Positions 19,521 to 30,712 of a DNA stretch of 64,000 bases are shown piece after piece. The notes under the pieces are model-generated. The model made no database searches and had not been told where the DNA came from. It saw only the letters and a list, made by a program, of their open reading frames with translations. Location of the stretch: sequence record ON528739. One strand, given 5' to 3'. Made by a program: the position numbers and the translations under genes. Origin of the DNA: Shigella phage ESh29. Numbering within the stretch: position 1 is the first letter of the stretch; the number at the start of each line of letters is the position of its first letter.

Positions 19521-19886
19521 TTAGATATCAAATTCGTTAAGAACTACATCAAAGATTGCTTCAAGATGCTCAGGTTTAGCTCTGTTACTCAGAATATGAC
19601 GAATCCAAGTTTTAACCAAAAGCTTGCGATTATCACCATTCCAGCAAGGATGAGTCCCTAAATCGCGTTGACGAAAATCATCATCCAGAGCGATTTTGAA
19701 GTTGGAACCTTCCATCGTGATTGAAACTGTAATACCGTTTTCAAATCGCATATAAACGTAATTAGGAGTCATATACTGATCGATTTCGCATACTGATCCG
19801 TTTTGATGTTTCCAGAGGCAAATAGTATCAATAGAACCTGCAATACCATTAGAAACATATTTACGTTCAAAGTTGATGTAGTTCAT
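19521..19886 (-). CDS. Hypothetical protein, 121 aa
   Basis: ORF in the 30.x array; promoter-like GTTTAC upstream. Confidence 0.45.
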   Translation of the reverse strand: MNYINFERKYVSNGIAGSIDTICLWKHQNGSVCEIDQYMTPNYVYMRFENGITVSITMEGSNFKIALDDDFRQRDLGTHPCWNGDNRKLLVKTWIRHILSNRAKPEHLEAIFDVVLNEFDI

Positions 19887-19954
19887 TTTTATTCTCCAAG
19901 ATGTTTAATTGCGGTACAGGTATATAATATCATATCCTGTACCAAAGTAAACAA

Positions 19955-20218
19955 TTATTTTACTACTTTCCAATGCTGCATGTCAAGTTTACCAACTTTT
20001 TTCATCTTCTCAATTAAGCGTTCGGCACGTTGGCGAGCTGTAACATAATACCATTCACCCAATTCATTTTGTTCAATTTTTCCAACGATTACTGTATTCA
20101 ATTCATAAATCCAACCAGTAAAGAAATTATGAACTTGAATTGTAAAGGTGAAATCTGTTCCCATACCTTCTGTTGTTTCTACTTCAATAATATCACCTTC
20201 AACTGCCATTAAAACCAC
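19955..20218 (-). CDS. Hypothetical protein, 87 aa
   Basis: ORF in the 30.x array. Confidence 0.45.
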   Translation of the reverse strand: MVLMAVEGDIIEVETTEGMGTDFTFTIQVHNFFTGWIYELNTVIVGKIEQNELGEWYYVTARQRAERLIEKMKKVGKLDMQHWKVVK

Positions 20219-20313
20219 ATAGTTTCATCATATTTACCATTGAAGCATTTAGTTTTAACCGCAGCGTTCAGATTAATCGTTTTCATTTTATTCTCCTTTG
20301 TTTGTGTAAGATA

Positions 20314-20343
20314 ATACTATCACAAAGGAGCTATATTGTAAAC
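20314..20343 (-). promoter_or_regulatory. Early-promoter-like element (GTTTAC, 18-nt spacer, TAGTAT), minus strand
   Basis: Minus-strand GTTTAC at 20338-20343, TAGTAT at 20314-20319; AAAGGAG RBS and a 25-codon ORF follow. Confidence 0.5.
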
Positions 20344-20364
20344 AACTTTATGCAATCTTTGGAA

Positions 20365-20392
20365 AATAAAAAGGACTCCCGAAGGAGTCCTC
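20365..20392 (-). terminator. Rho-independent terminator (minus strand)
   Basis: GGACTCC-TTCG-GGAGTCC hairpin followed by TTTTTATTTTCC on the minus strand, just after the 58-aa ORF. Confidence 0.75.
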
Positions 20393-20395
20393 AAC

Positions 20396-20572
20396 TTATG
20401 CTTTCTGCTTACCAAAACGAGAAGCATCATCTCGAAGAACCGCACGTGCTCGGCGCATGATCTTCTCAACAGTTTGATTGATACGAGAGTTCGACCCACG
20501 CTTGTAGCCAGCGCGTTTAGAATCACCAACTTTCTTTTCAACTGCTTTCTTTGCTTTAACTTGTTTTGCCAT
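20396..20572 (-). CDS. Small highly basic Lys/Arg-rich protein, 58 aa
   Basis: ATG at 20572 (MAKQVKAKKAVEKKVGDSKRAGYKRGS...); terminator directly downstream; track ORF 20396-20614 has an upstream alternative start. Confidence 0.5.
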   Translation of the reverse strand: MAKQVKAKKAVEKKVGDSKRAGYKRGSNSRINQTVEKIMRRARAVLRDDASRFGKQKA

Positions 20573-20817
20573 TATAAATTCTCTTTTAAATGAAAATGCA
20601 GGACTTATTGGCATTGCCTGCGCAAGCCCTCAAGGGGAACATAGGTTTTTGGATATTTAACGACCAGGATAACCATAAACCCGTCATCATTCACATTCAA
20701 GAGGTACACCGTAAAACTGCCGGGGTCTTAAAACTATAATGATTCGCAAATCATTAATCAGACAGTTCGACGTCTCCTCGATTTTAGCTCACACTAAGGC
20801 AGTGAATCTCCAATAAA

Positions 20818-21066
20818 TTACTTCAGTGTTACCACAAAGTGACGAACTGCTTTTCGTGCAGCAGAAGCCAGAGGCTTAGCATATTTAAGTTCATCTTTTT
20901 CCTGAAGCTCGGCAGCTAATGCAGTTTGAGCAGGATTCAGATGTTTGAAATAACGCAGGATTTCAAGAGCTTCGGCTTCAACATCAATAGATGCGCCATA
21001 GTTTTCGTGACCATTATTCCATGCGTTTCGTTGCAGTTCAAGAGCGTGTTGTAATTGTTTAATCAT
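20818..21066 (-). CDS. rIII: rIII lysis-inhibition accessory protein, 82 aa
   Basis: 82 aa; position between the 30.x array and gene 31. Confidence 0.75.
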   Translation of the reverse strand: MIKQLQHALELQRNAWNNGHENYGASIDVEAEALEILRYFKHLNPAQTALAAELQEKDELKYAKPLASAARKAVRHFVVTLK

Positions 21067-21213
21067 TTAAAAATTCTCGTTAGAGATTAAAACTCGGTAG
21101 TCACGTTCTTCTGAATTTCATCTTCTTTCGACAGATCTCTCAGTTGTAGACTACCACATAGAATTGTTCGGTTAACTTATTATTCCGACACCCAATTCAT
21201 ATTATTATTTATA

Positions 21214-21549
21214 TCACTTATAAAGACACGGAATAGCTTTATAGTGACAAGTAACAAATTTTTGTTTAATTTCTTTTGGCTGCTTAAGACCCAGAGCTAC
21301 AAAAGGATGCGGAACATTTCGAATTTGACCAACTGGAAGAGAAGTCAAATCACCAACTTCACAGAAACCTTCAGGAACATCAGGACCAACAGAGTGAACT
21401 ACACACAATTCAGGAACTTCACCTTGAACACGTTTACCGATAATAAGTCCTGATTCTGTAACTTCTTCATCACCGGCTTGTGCAGGTTCAGAAACTAAAA
21501 TAACATATTCACCTACAGCACGAATTGGTAGCTGTTGTACTTCAGACAT
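21214..21549 (-). CDS. 31: Co-chaperonin gp31 (GroES analogue), 111 aa
   Basis: 111 aa; sequence recognised as gp31; synteny. Confidence 0.9.
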
Positions 21550-21605
21550 CGTTTTTCCTTTTTGTTAACAGATGAATTAATAATAACAAATAATTCTTAA
21601 AGCAT

Positions 21606-21914
21606 TTATTTACCAATAAATTGGAGTAAATGCTCAACTTTCATACCATTAACGGAAATCAATTTGTTAATAGAAAAACCTCGCCATGCACCAAGTTCAA
21701 CATCAAATACTGGAATCATGTCAGTAGATTCTTTCCGAGTAGATTCAGTCAATTTACCGGTTTGCATGGTTGGCATAAAGTCTGCATCACGAGTACCTTT
21801 CATAGTACGAATAGTACCATCAGACTTTTCAAAAACTACGTTTGAAACACCCATGGACAATTTAGTTTTCAAAATTTCACGAATTGCTACTTTCTGCTCA
21901 GTTGTCAGTTTCAT
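21606..21914 (-). CDS. Hypothetical protein, 102 aa
   Basis: ORF between 31 and cd. Confidence 0.45.
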   Translation of the reverse strand: MKLTTEQKVAIREILKTKLSMGVSNVVFEKSDGTIRTMKGTRDADFMPTMQTGKLTESTRKESTDMIPVFDVELGAWRGFSINKLISVNGMKVEHLLQFIGK

Positions 21915-22151
21915 TTATTTACCTATCACAGTTTTAATATGAGTTGTTCCACGTTCTTTAAGGGTGGAAAGTAATTTTTGGCATTTTTCTAAATCAGATT
22001 TCCAACTATATGGTCTATCAATACTAGTCCAATCAGTTTTATAATACTGTTTCCATTTAGAGAAAAAATATTTCTTATACTCTACTGCAAATGAGATGTT
22101 CTCGTTAGAATAAGAACTAATTGCAGTAAGTTGTACCAAACGAAATTTCAT
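21915..22151 (-). CDS. Hypothetical protein, 78 aa
   Basis: ORF between 31 and cd. Confidence 0.45.
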   Translation of the reverse strand: MKFRLVQLTAISSYSNENISFAVEYKKYFFSKWKQYYKTDWTSIDRPYSWKSDLEKCQKLLSTLKERGTTHIKTVIGK

Positions 22152-22732
22152 TATTCACCACAGAATTCGTTGATATTTTCCCAGTTTAACTTATTCAAGT
22201 TTTTCTTAGGAACATTAAACACTTCAATACCCGCATTTCGCAGAATATCATCCCAGCCAGGTTTATTTTTATCGTATGTTTCACAATAAACCAACTTTTT
22301 AATTCCAGATTGAGCTATTGCTTTTGCACAATCTGGACAGGGAGAAAGTGTTACATACATAGTAGCACCTTCAATTGAAGAACCATTTCGTGCAGCAAAC
22401 AAAATCGCATTTAGTTCAGCATGAATTTCATTTTTAGACGACCATTCAGAGTGAGCGCTACGGTGTTCTTTCGCCAAGACAAAACGATCAGTTGAACCAA
22501 ATGATACACACTCAGGCTTATGACCTTGAATGATAGTATGTTTAGGTTTATTCAACAACCAACCTTGCTCGGCAGCATAATCACAGCAGTTCACACCACC
22601 GGCAGGCGAACCATTATACCCAGTAGAAATAATACGTCCATTCTTTTCAATTACTGCTCCTACCTTCCAGGAGCAACATTTGGATTCTTGTGATACTAAA
22701 TATGCAATTTGAAGTACTGTACTCGCTTTCAT
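22151..22732 (-). CDS. cd: dCMP deaminase, 193 aa
   Basis: Cytidine/dCMP deaminase zinc motifs HAELNA...PCPDCAKAI; T4 Cd length. Confidence 0.9.
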   Translation of the reverse strand: MKASTVLQIAYLVSQESKCCSWKVGAVIEKNGRIISTGYNGSPAGGVNCCDYAAEQGWLLNKPKHTIIQGHKPECVSFGSTDRFVLAKEHRSAHSEWSSKNEIHAELNAILFAARNGSSIEGATMYVTLSPCPDCAKAIAQSGIKKLVYCETYDKNKPGWDDILRNAGIEVFNVPKKNLNKLNWENINEFCGE

Positions 22733-23067
22733 TTCATAATCACCAGATAAGCAGATTTAGCAGTTTCAACACGATAAATTTCGTGACGAAGTTTAGTTAT
22801 ACTTTTAATAACAGAACTAATTATATTCTGCCCATCTTTAAAGCGGTTTTTCTTGTCAATAAAAATTGCGCCAACCATCTTTTTGTGAAGCTCAACTGGA
22901 TACTTCGTCACAATAATAGCATCATACACAGAAGGATGAATACTATTCACTAGAGTGTCATTCATTAAAGTTATTCTAATGAACTTTGCTGTTTCAGAGT
23001 CAAGCGCTCTATGATCGCCAGTATCATTTTCAAGACAATTATCAATTATATCAGTTAAATTCATCAT
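22729..23067 (-). CDS. Hypothetical protein, 112 aa
   Basis: ORF in the array between cd and pseT. Confidence 0.45.
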   Translation of the reverse strand: MMNLTDIIDNCLENDTGDHRALDSETAKFIRITLMNDTLVNSIHPSVYDAIIVTKYPVELHKKMVGAIFIDKKNRFKDGQNIISSVIKSITKLRHEIYRVETAKSAYLVIMK

Positions 23068-23300
23068 AGTACGCCATACACCCTTTGTGCTTCAACTAAT
23101 CCATCAAAATCCAGTTTAAGATGCGATATTTGATCGCCATCACCTGGATTCACAATTACTAATACTGAACGAGGAGTTTCGGTAATAACACGAACCGATG
23201 TTTCAGGAAATCGTTCAGAAACCTTATTTACCAATTCCTGAGCAAATAGTTTAACTTTTTCTTGGAATTCTTTAACAGTAATTGGTTTTTCGCTTAGCAT
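23064..23300 (-). CDS. Hypothetical protein, 78 aa
   Basis: ORF in the array between cd and pseT. Confidence 0.45.
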   Translation of the reverse strand: MLSEKPITVKEFQEKVKLFAQELVNKVSERFPETSVRVITETPRSVLVIVNPGDGDQISHLKLDFDGLVEAQRVYGVL

Positions 23301-23821
23301 GTTGATCCCAGCTCCATACTTTCAACGTTTTTAACTAATTTGACAGAAACTAATTCGGCATCTTGAGTAATCATTACCGGACCTTCTTCATACTCTTCAA
23401 GATATTCTAGAGCTTTCTTTTTAGCTTCTTCCTTCGTATCAGTTTGAGCATAGATATAAAACATACAACCAGTAATACCTACTACTTTCCACTTAATTTC
23501 TTTATCAGTTTTAATTTCAAATTTACTGACAGAATCATCTTTTTGAACTTCTTCGAAAAAAGAATATTCTAACATATAAGCAATTGAAAATAACGGGCTA
23601 ACTTTATAGGATTCGCCCATTACATCAACAGCTTTATACCAACAGTCATCAATTTCGCGTTTAATGCTAATAACATTTTTCGCAGGATCTATTTTTACTT
23701 TAAATGAATTTTCCCCAATAAACTGGGCAATTCGTTTATTAGCCCCGCAAGTTTCATTAAAAATATCTTTATATCCAGCTTTAAAGCGATAAACTTTATC
23801 TTCTTCAAACCATTCGCTCAT
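23294..23821 (-). CDS. Hypothetical protein, 175 aa
   Basis: ORF; early-promoter-like GTTTAC-N18-TATTAT at 23851-23880 upstream. Confidence 0.45.
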   Translation of the reverse strand: MSEWFEEDKVYRFKAGYKDIFNETCGANKRIAQFIGENSFKVKIDPAKNVISIKREIDDCWYKAVDVMGESYKVSPLFSIAYMLEYSFFEEVQKDDSVSKFEIKTDKEIKWKVVGITGCMFYIYAQTDTKEEAKKKALEYLEEYEEGPVMITQDAELVSVKLVKNVESMELGSTC

Positions 23822-23882
23822 TTCAATTTCCTCATTTGTTTGGTAGAGCTATAATATCACAACTCTACCGTAAAGTAAACCA

Positions 23883-24158
23883 TTAAATCGCTTTGAATTC
23901 CGCAGTTTGAGATTCAAAGCGAATGTCGCCTTTGATAACTAGCTCAGCATCAAGACCGAATACGACAATGATATGCGCTGAACCTGGATACAACGTGATG
24001 GCAACAGAATCCACCTGGTCTGGAAGCAAAGTATTCAATACATGAGTCACTTGAGCATGGATTCGAAGCTCAGCTGCATTATCAAGTTTTTCAAACATAT
24101 TATTAGCGATAATTTGGCTAAACACTACTTCTACGATTTTAGAGTAAGTCGGAAACAT
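23883..24158 (-). CDS. Hypothetical protein, 91 aa
   Basis: ORF in the array between cd and pseT. Confidence 0.45.
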   Translation of the reverse strand: MFPTYSKIVEVVFSQIIANNMFEKLDNAAELRIHAQVTHVLNTLLPDQVDSVAITLYPGSAHIIVVFGLDAELVIKGDIRFESQTAEFKAI

Positions 24159-24160
24159 AT

Positions 24161-24353
24161 TTACCTCACATAATTTTCTTCAAGCCAATCGATAACATCC
24201 AAAGCATTATCAAATATTGCGCCATCGACTTTATCTTCTGTTTCATAATCAAGAACATCTAAACCTACTCTTCCGTTAACAATAGGCCATAGACAGAATA
24301 GGTATTTCTTTTCTTTTTCAATTTTATCACAAAGACGATAAATCTTTTCTAGG

Positions 24354-24361
<8 letters not shown>
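24161..24361 (-). CDS. Hypothetical protein, 66 aa
   Basis: ORF in the array between cd and pseT. Confidence 0.4.
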
Positions 24362-25755
<1,394 letters not shown>

Positions 25756-25983
25756 TTATTTTTTCTCAACCAATGATTGAATATAATCATGCAGGTCTTT
25801 AGATGCTTTACCCCATTTATTTTGATATTCATTTTTGAGATTAGCGCGTGATTGAGCTAATAAAACATCATTAGTTGGAGGTAAAGATTCTAATCGTTGA
25901 ATCTGTCGTCCATAAATCATTGCAGCCATCTCGGATTCATAAATTAATCCTTTTAGATGTTCAAATTGATACCATGAAATCAT
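25756..25983 (-). CDS. Hypothetical protein, 75 aa
   Basis: ORF between the spanin genes and pseT. Confidence 0.45.
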   Translation of the reverse strand: MISWYQFEHLKGLIYESEMAAMIYGRQIQRLESLPPTNDVLLAQSRANLKNEYQNKWGKASKDLHDYIQSLVEKK

Positions 25984-26279
25984 TTACATTTATCCTCTTT
26001 TAGCTCTTGACGATAATAACATATCATAGTTTTCTGGTCATGTACATATCGTTTTACATCATTAAGCCAAATACGAAATTCCTGGGAATCTTCAAATGGC
26101 ATACCAACCCAAGCTTTACCATCAATAACTTTAACTTGCCAAGATAGTTTAGCTTCGTCATATGACTTTATTTGTACAGGCCAATTAGGATGAACTGTTT
26201 CTTTCTTTACTTCTAGAGGCTTTGTAGAACAACCAACTAGAAGACCAATAGATAATATTACTGCAGATAATTTAATCAT
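25980..26279 (-). CDS. Outer-membrane lipoprotein, o-spanin candidate, 99 aa
   Basis: Signal peptide with lipobox (MIKLSAVILSIGLLVGC); directly follows an i-spanin-like gene. Confidence 0.6.
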   Translation of the reverse strand: MIKLSAVILSIGLLVGCSTKPLEVKKETVHPNWPVQIKSYDEAKLSWQVKVIDGKAWVGMPFEDSQEFRIWLNDVKRYVHDQKTMICYYRQELKEDKCK

Positions 26280-26629
26280 TTAGAAAGGTCCTGGATGTCT
26301 TCTGCGAACTTGTTGAAGGAGTTGTTGATTTGTTTTTCAACCAATCCTGGCTTACGAGCCACCACATCCGCCTTCTTTGCATCTTTGCGCAGTTTTTCAT
26401 TTTCACGCTCAATAGCAGCAATTGCCTCACGATTTTTAGTATTCATCGCATCAATATAATTATACTGAATTCGCAAATTATTTAATGCTAAAGCGTTTTC
26501 ATTGGCTGTTTTTGTAATTTCAGTAACTGATGTTTCTAATCTTTCTACCTTATTTTTTAAAATAATAGATGTTCCGCCAAATGCTATTACAAGTAATAGC
26601 AATCCAGCTGTAAAATTACTTACATGCAT
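26276..26629 (-). CDS. i-spanin candidate (N-terminal TM helix plus coiled coil), 117 aa
   Basis: Hydrophobic N-terminus (FTAGLLLLVIAFGG) followed by a charged helical region; paired with the downstream lipoprotein. Confidence 0.6.
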   Translation of the reverse strand: MHVSNFTAGLLLLVIAFGGTSIILKNKVERLETSVTEITKTANENALALNNLRIQYNYIDAMNTKNREAIAAIERENEKLRKDAKKADVVARKPGLVEKQINNSFNKFAEDIQDLSK

Positions 26630-27126
26630 AAAGTTTTAATAACCTCTATAATATCGTCTTGAGAAAGACCGTTAATTAAAATATGGTGTTCAGCCGGAGA
26701 TTTAGAAATTTTAAAGCATGCCGCAACATCTTCTGCCATATCCGATGCGCTACGATTTGGATTACTAATTCCAAGACGATGCTTTCCAGTCAAAGGATTA
26801 ACGATGATATAGCATTTGCAGCTATTGATATGAACATTAGGTTGAGTCTGATTAATGAATACTTCACACTCATACTTAGCGAGTTGATTTTCTAAAAAGA
26901 CTTTCATCTCTTCAACCGCATCAGGAAGCATATCACGGGCTTGCTCAAGACGACGATTTCGATATTCTTTAATGGTCGTTTTCCGCTTGACTTGCTTAGC
27001 TAAATCTTTCTTAAGATCAGTGATATATCCAACTCGACGATTTCCTTTGAATACAGAAATCCCATCTGTAGTATCACCGTATGCTTCAACGACCATTTCA
27101 GTAGTAATAAGCTGTAAATCCATCAT
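26620..27126 (-). CDS. alc: Alc, inhibitor of host transcription, 168 aa
   Basis: Size and position between rnlA and the spanin/pseT block; early promoter upstream. Confidence 0.65.
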   Translation of the reverse strand: MMDLQLITTEMVVEAYGDTTDGISVFKGNRRVGYITDLKKDLAKQVKRKTTIKEYRNRRLEQARDMLPDAVEEMKVFLENQLAKYECEVFINQTQPNVHINSCKCYIIVNPLTGKHRLGISNPNRSASDMAEDVAACFKISKSPAEHHILINGLSQDDIIEVIKTLCM

Positions 27127-27154
27127 AAAGTCCTCATGTTATGTCAGTAAGACT

Positions 27155-27184
27155 ACTATAACACAACATGAGGGACTTGTAAAC
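27155..27184 (-). promoter_or_regulatory. Early-promoter-like cassette (GTTTAC, 18-nt spacer, TATAGT), minus strand, upstream of alc
   Basis: About 50 nt near-identical to the cassette at 11337-11387, including the 5' leader and GAGGA RBS. Confidence 0.55.
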
Positions 27185-27187
27185 AGC

Positions 27188-28775
<1,588 letters not shown>

Positions 28776-28802
28776 AATAAAATGGGCCTTGCGGCCCACT
28801 CC

Positions 28803-29981
28803 TTAAAAATATTTTTTAAAACTCATCATAACTTTATCATCAACATCATTATCAATCTGTGCTACAAGATAAGATGATAGTTCTACTTCTTGTGGCGCGG
28901 ATTGAACATTATCAGAATTAAGATATTCACGAATCCAAGGATACGGATGTTTAACCGGAGCATCGGTAATTGGGCATGGAAGACCACACTGTTTCATACG
29001 AGATACGGTTAAGTAATCAATAAAGCTCCACATGCTATTTGTATTTAATCCAGGAACATCACCATCTTTAAATAAATGAACTGCCCAGTCTTTTTCTTGA
29101 CGGTTAACTTCCATGAAAATATCAACTGCTTCTTGTTCACACTCTTGAGCAATTTTAACCCATTCATCGCCATCAGTACCAGATTGAAGTTGACGAATAA
29201 TATATTGTGTACCTTTAAGATGAAGCTGCTCATCACGTGCAATGAACTTCATAATCTTGGCATTACCTTCCATGATTTCCATGTTTTTATGGAAGTTAAA
29301 GGTACACGCAAAGGATACATAAAAACGAATAGCTTCTAATGCATTAATAACGTGCAAACAGAGGTAAAGAGATTTCATTAGCTCACGCTTCCAATATGTC
29401 TCATGCTCAATAGCATCTTCAATAACGTCTTCGTCTGCATTAATTTCTTTTTGGTATTCGATATCAGCTTTAGCGTTTTCCCAATAACGAGTTTTAATCA
29501 GAACATCATCATAATAACGTCCAATGGATTCAGCACGTTTCATAATAGCTTCATCTAATACAATTTCATCAAATACCTTCGATGGATCAGTATAAAGATT
29601 TCGCATGATATGAGTATATGAACGACTGTGAATAGTTTCACTAAAAGTCCATGTAGCAACCCATGTATCAAGGCTTGGGTCTGAAATTAATGACATAAGT
29701 ACAGCAGATGGCGCGCGACCCTGAATGCTATCTAAAAGTGATTGATACTTCAAGTTGTTAGTAAAAATATTTTGCTGATACTGAGGAAGCTTATTAAACT
29801 GCGCAGCATCCATCATTAAGTTTACTTCTTCAGGCCGCCAGAAAAATGACAATTGCTTTTCGGTCAAATCTTCAAAAACTTTATGGCGTTGAATATCATA
29901 ACGCGCAATACCAAGACCTGAACCAAAAAACATAGGTTCTTTTAAAACATCAACTGGATTTGTATTAAAAACTGTAGACAT
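28803..29981 (-). CDS. nrdB: Ribonucleotide reductase small subunit, 392 aa, uninterrupted
   Basis: Class I RNR beta-subunit iron-ligand region; continuous ORF, no intron; start at MSTVFNT gives a TAATG overlap with mobE. Confidence 0.9.
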   Translation of the reverse strand: MSTVFNTNPVDVLKEPMFFGSGLGIARYDIQRHKVFEDLTEKQLSFFWRPEEVNLMMDAAQFNKLPQYQQNIFTNNLKYQSLLDSIQGRAPSAVLMSLISDPSLDTWVATWTFSETIHSRSYTHIMRNLYTDPSKVFDEIVLDEAIMKRAESIGRYYDDVLIKTRYWENAKADIEYQKEINADEDVIEDAIEHETYWKRELMKSLYLCLHVINALEAIRFYVSFACTFNFHKNMEIMEGNAKIMKFIARDEQLHLKGTQYIIRQLQSGTDGDEWVKIAQECEQEAVDIFMEVNRQEKDWAVHLFKDGDVPGLNTNSMWSFIDYLTVSRMKQCGLPCPITDAPVKHPYPWIREYLNSDNVQSAPQEVELSSYLVAQIDNDVDDKVMMSFKKYF

Positions 29982-30712
29982 TAATTTTTCCTCTTTAAAA
30001 TTCTGCCGCGTTTCCAACCTGGCGGTATAATATCATCTTTACCTATAAGCGTGCATTCACTTCCATTATTAATCCATTTCTTACCGCGGATTCCTTTATA
30101 ATCTCTTGGTTGTATTTTGTCAAACTTTGCATCAAGTTGATATGCCCATCGAAATCCATAGGCATATTGAAATTTACCCTCAGCACAATATTTGATATTT
30201 GACCCGTTTCCATTAACTGACCTGGACGCTGCGGCAATAGAGTGAAAGGTTTCTATGAAATCCCCATCTAATGAGAATTTATGTATTTCGATAGATGGGC
30301 ATGCATACCTATTCACGTTTGATACATGTTGTTTAGTTTCGTTTTTATGATGCTTGCCTAACATTCCTCTAGGATGAGGATTATTTTTCCAATATTTCTT
30401 AAAGAAATCAGAATTAGCTTTAGCAAATAATTTTCTGTGCAAGCTATACAATCTGTTATTAATTCTATTACCAGCTTTATCTGTTGCCATTAACGTTAAC
30501 GCAGAGGCAAGACCAAAATGGCCTTCATTTATCTTGCATAGTAATAGATGCGCTATAAAATGTTCTCTAGCTGTTAATTCAACTAAATTTTCTTTATCAT
30601 CAGAACCTCCCATGCATTTAGGGACTATATGATGTGTCTCTTTATACTCGGATAAATGTTCCCGAGCCTGAGCTCGGGAAATTAGGTCATTATAGATTTT
30701 TTGATAATTCAT
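29981..30712 (-). mobile_element. mobE: Free-standing HNH homing endonuclease between nrdA and nrdB, 243 aa
   Basis: HNH motif HHIVPKCMGGSDDKENLVELTAREHFIAH; lies exactly between nrdA and nrdB with 1-nt overlaps at both ends, as T4 mobE. Confidence 0.8.

Noticed and set aside
20573-20817. Considered whether this non-coding block is a group I intron or a tRNA
   Set aside because: It is too short for a group I intron and is not flanked by halves of a split gene. I see no cloverleaf-like acceptor and anticodon arms. It is kept as an unexplained non-coding region instead.
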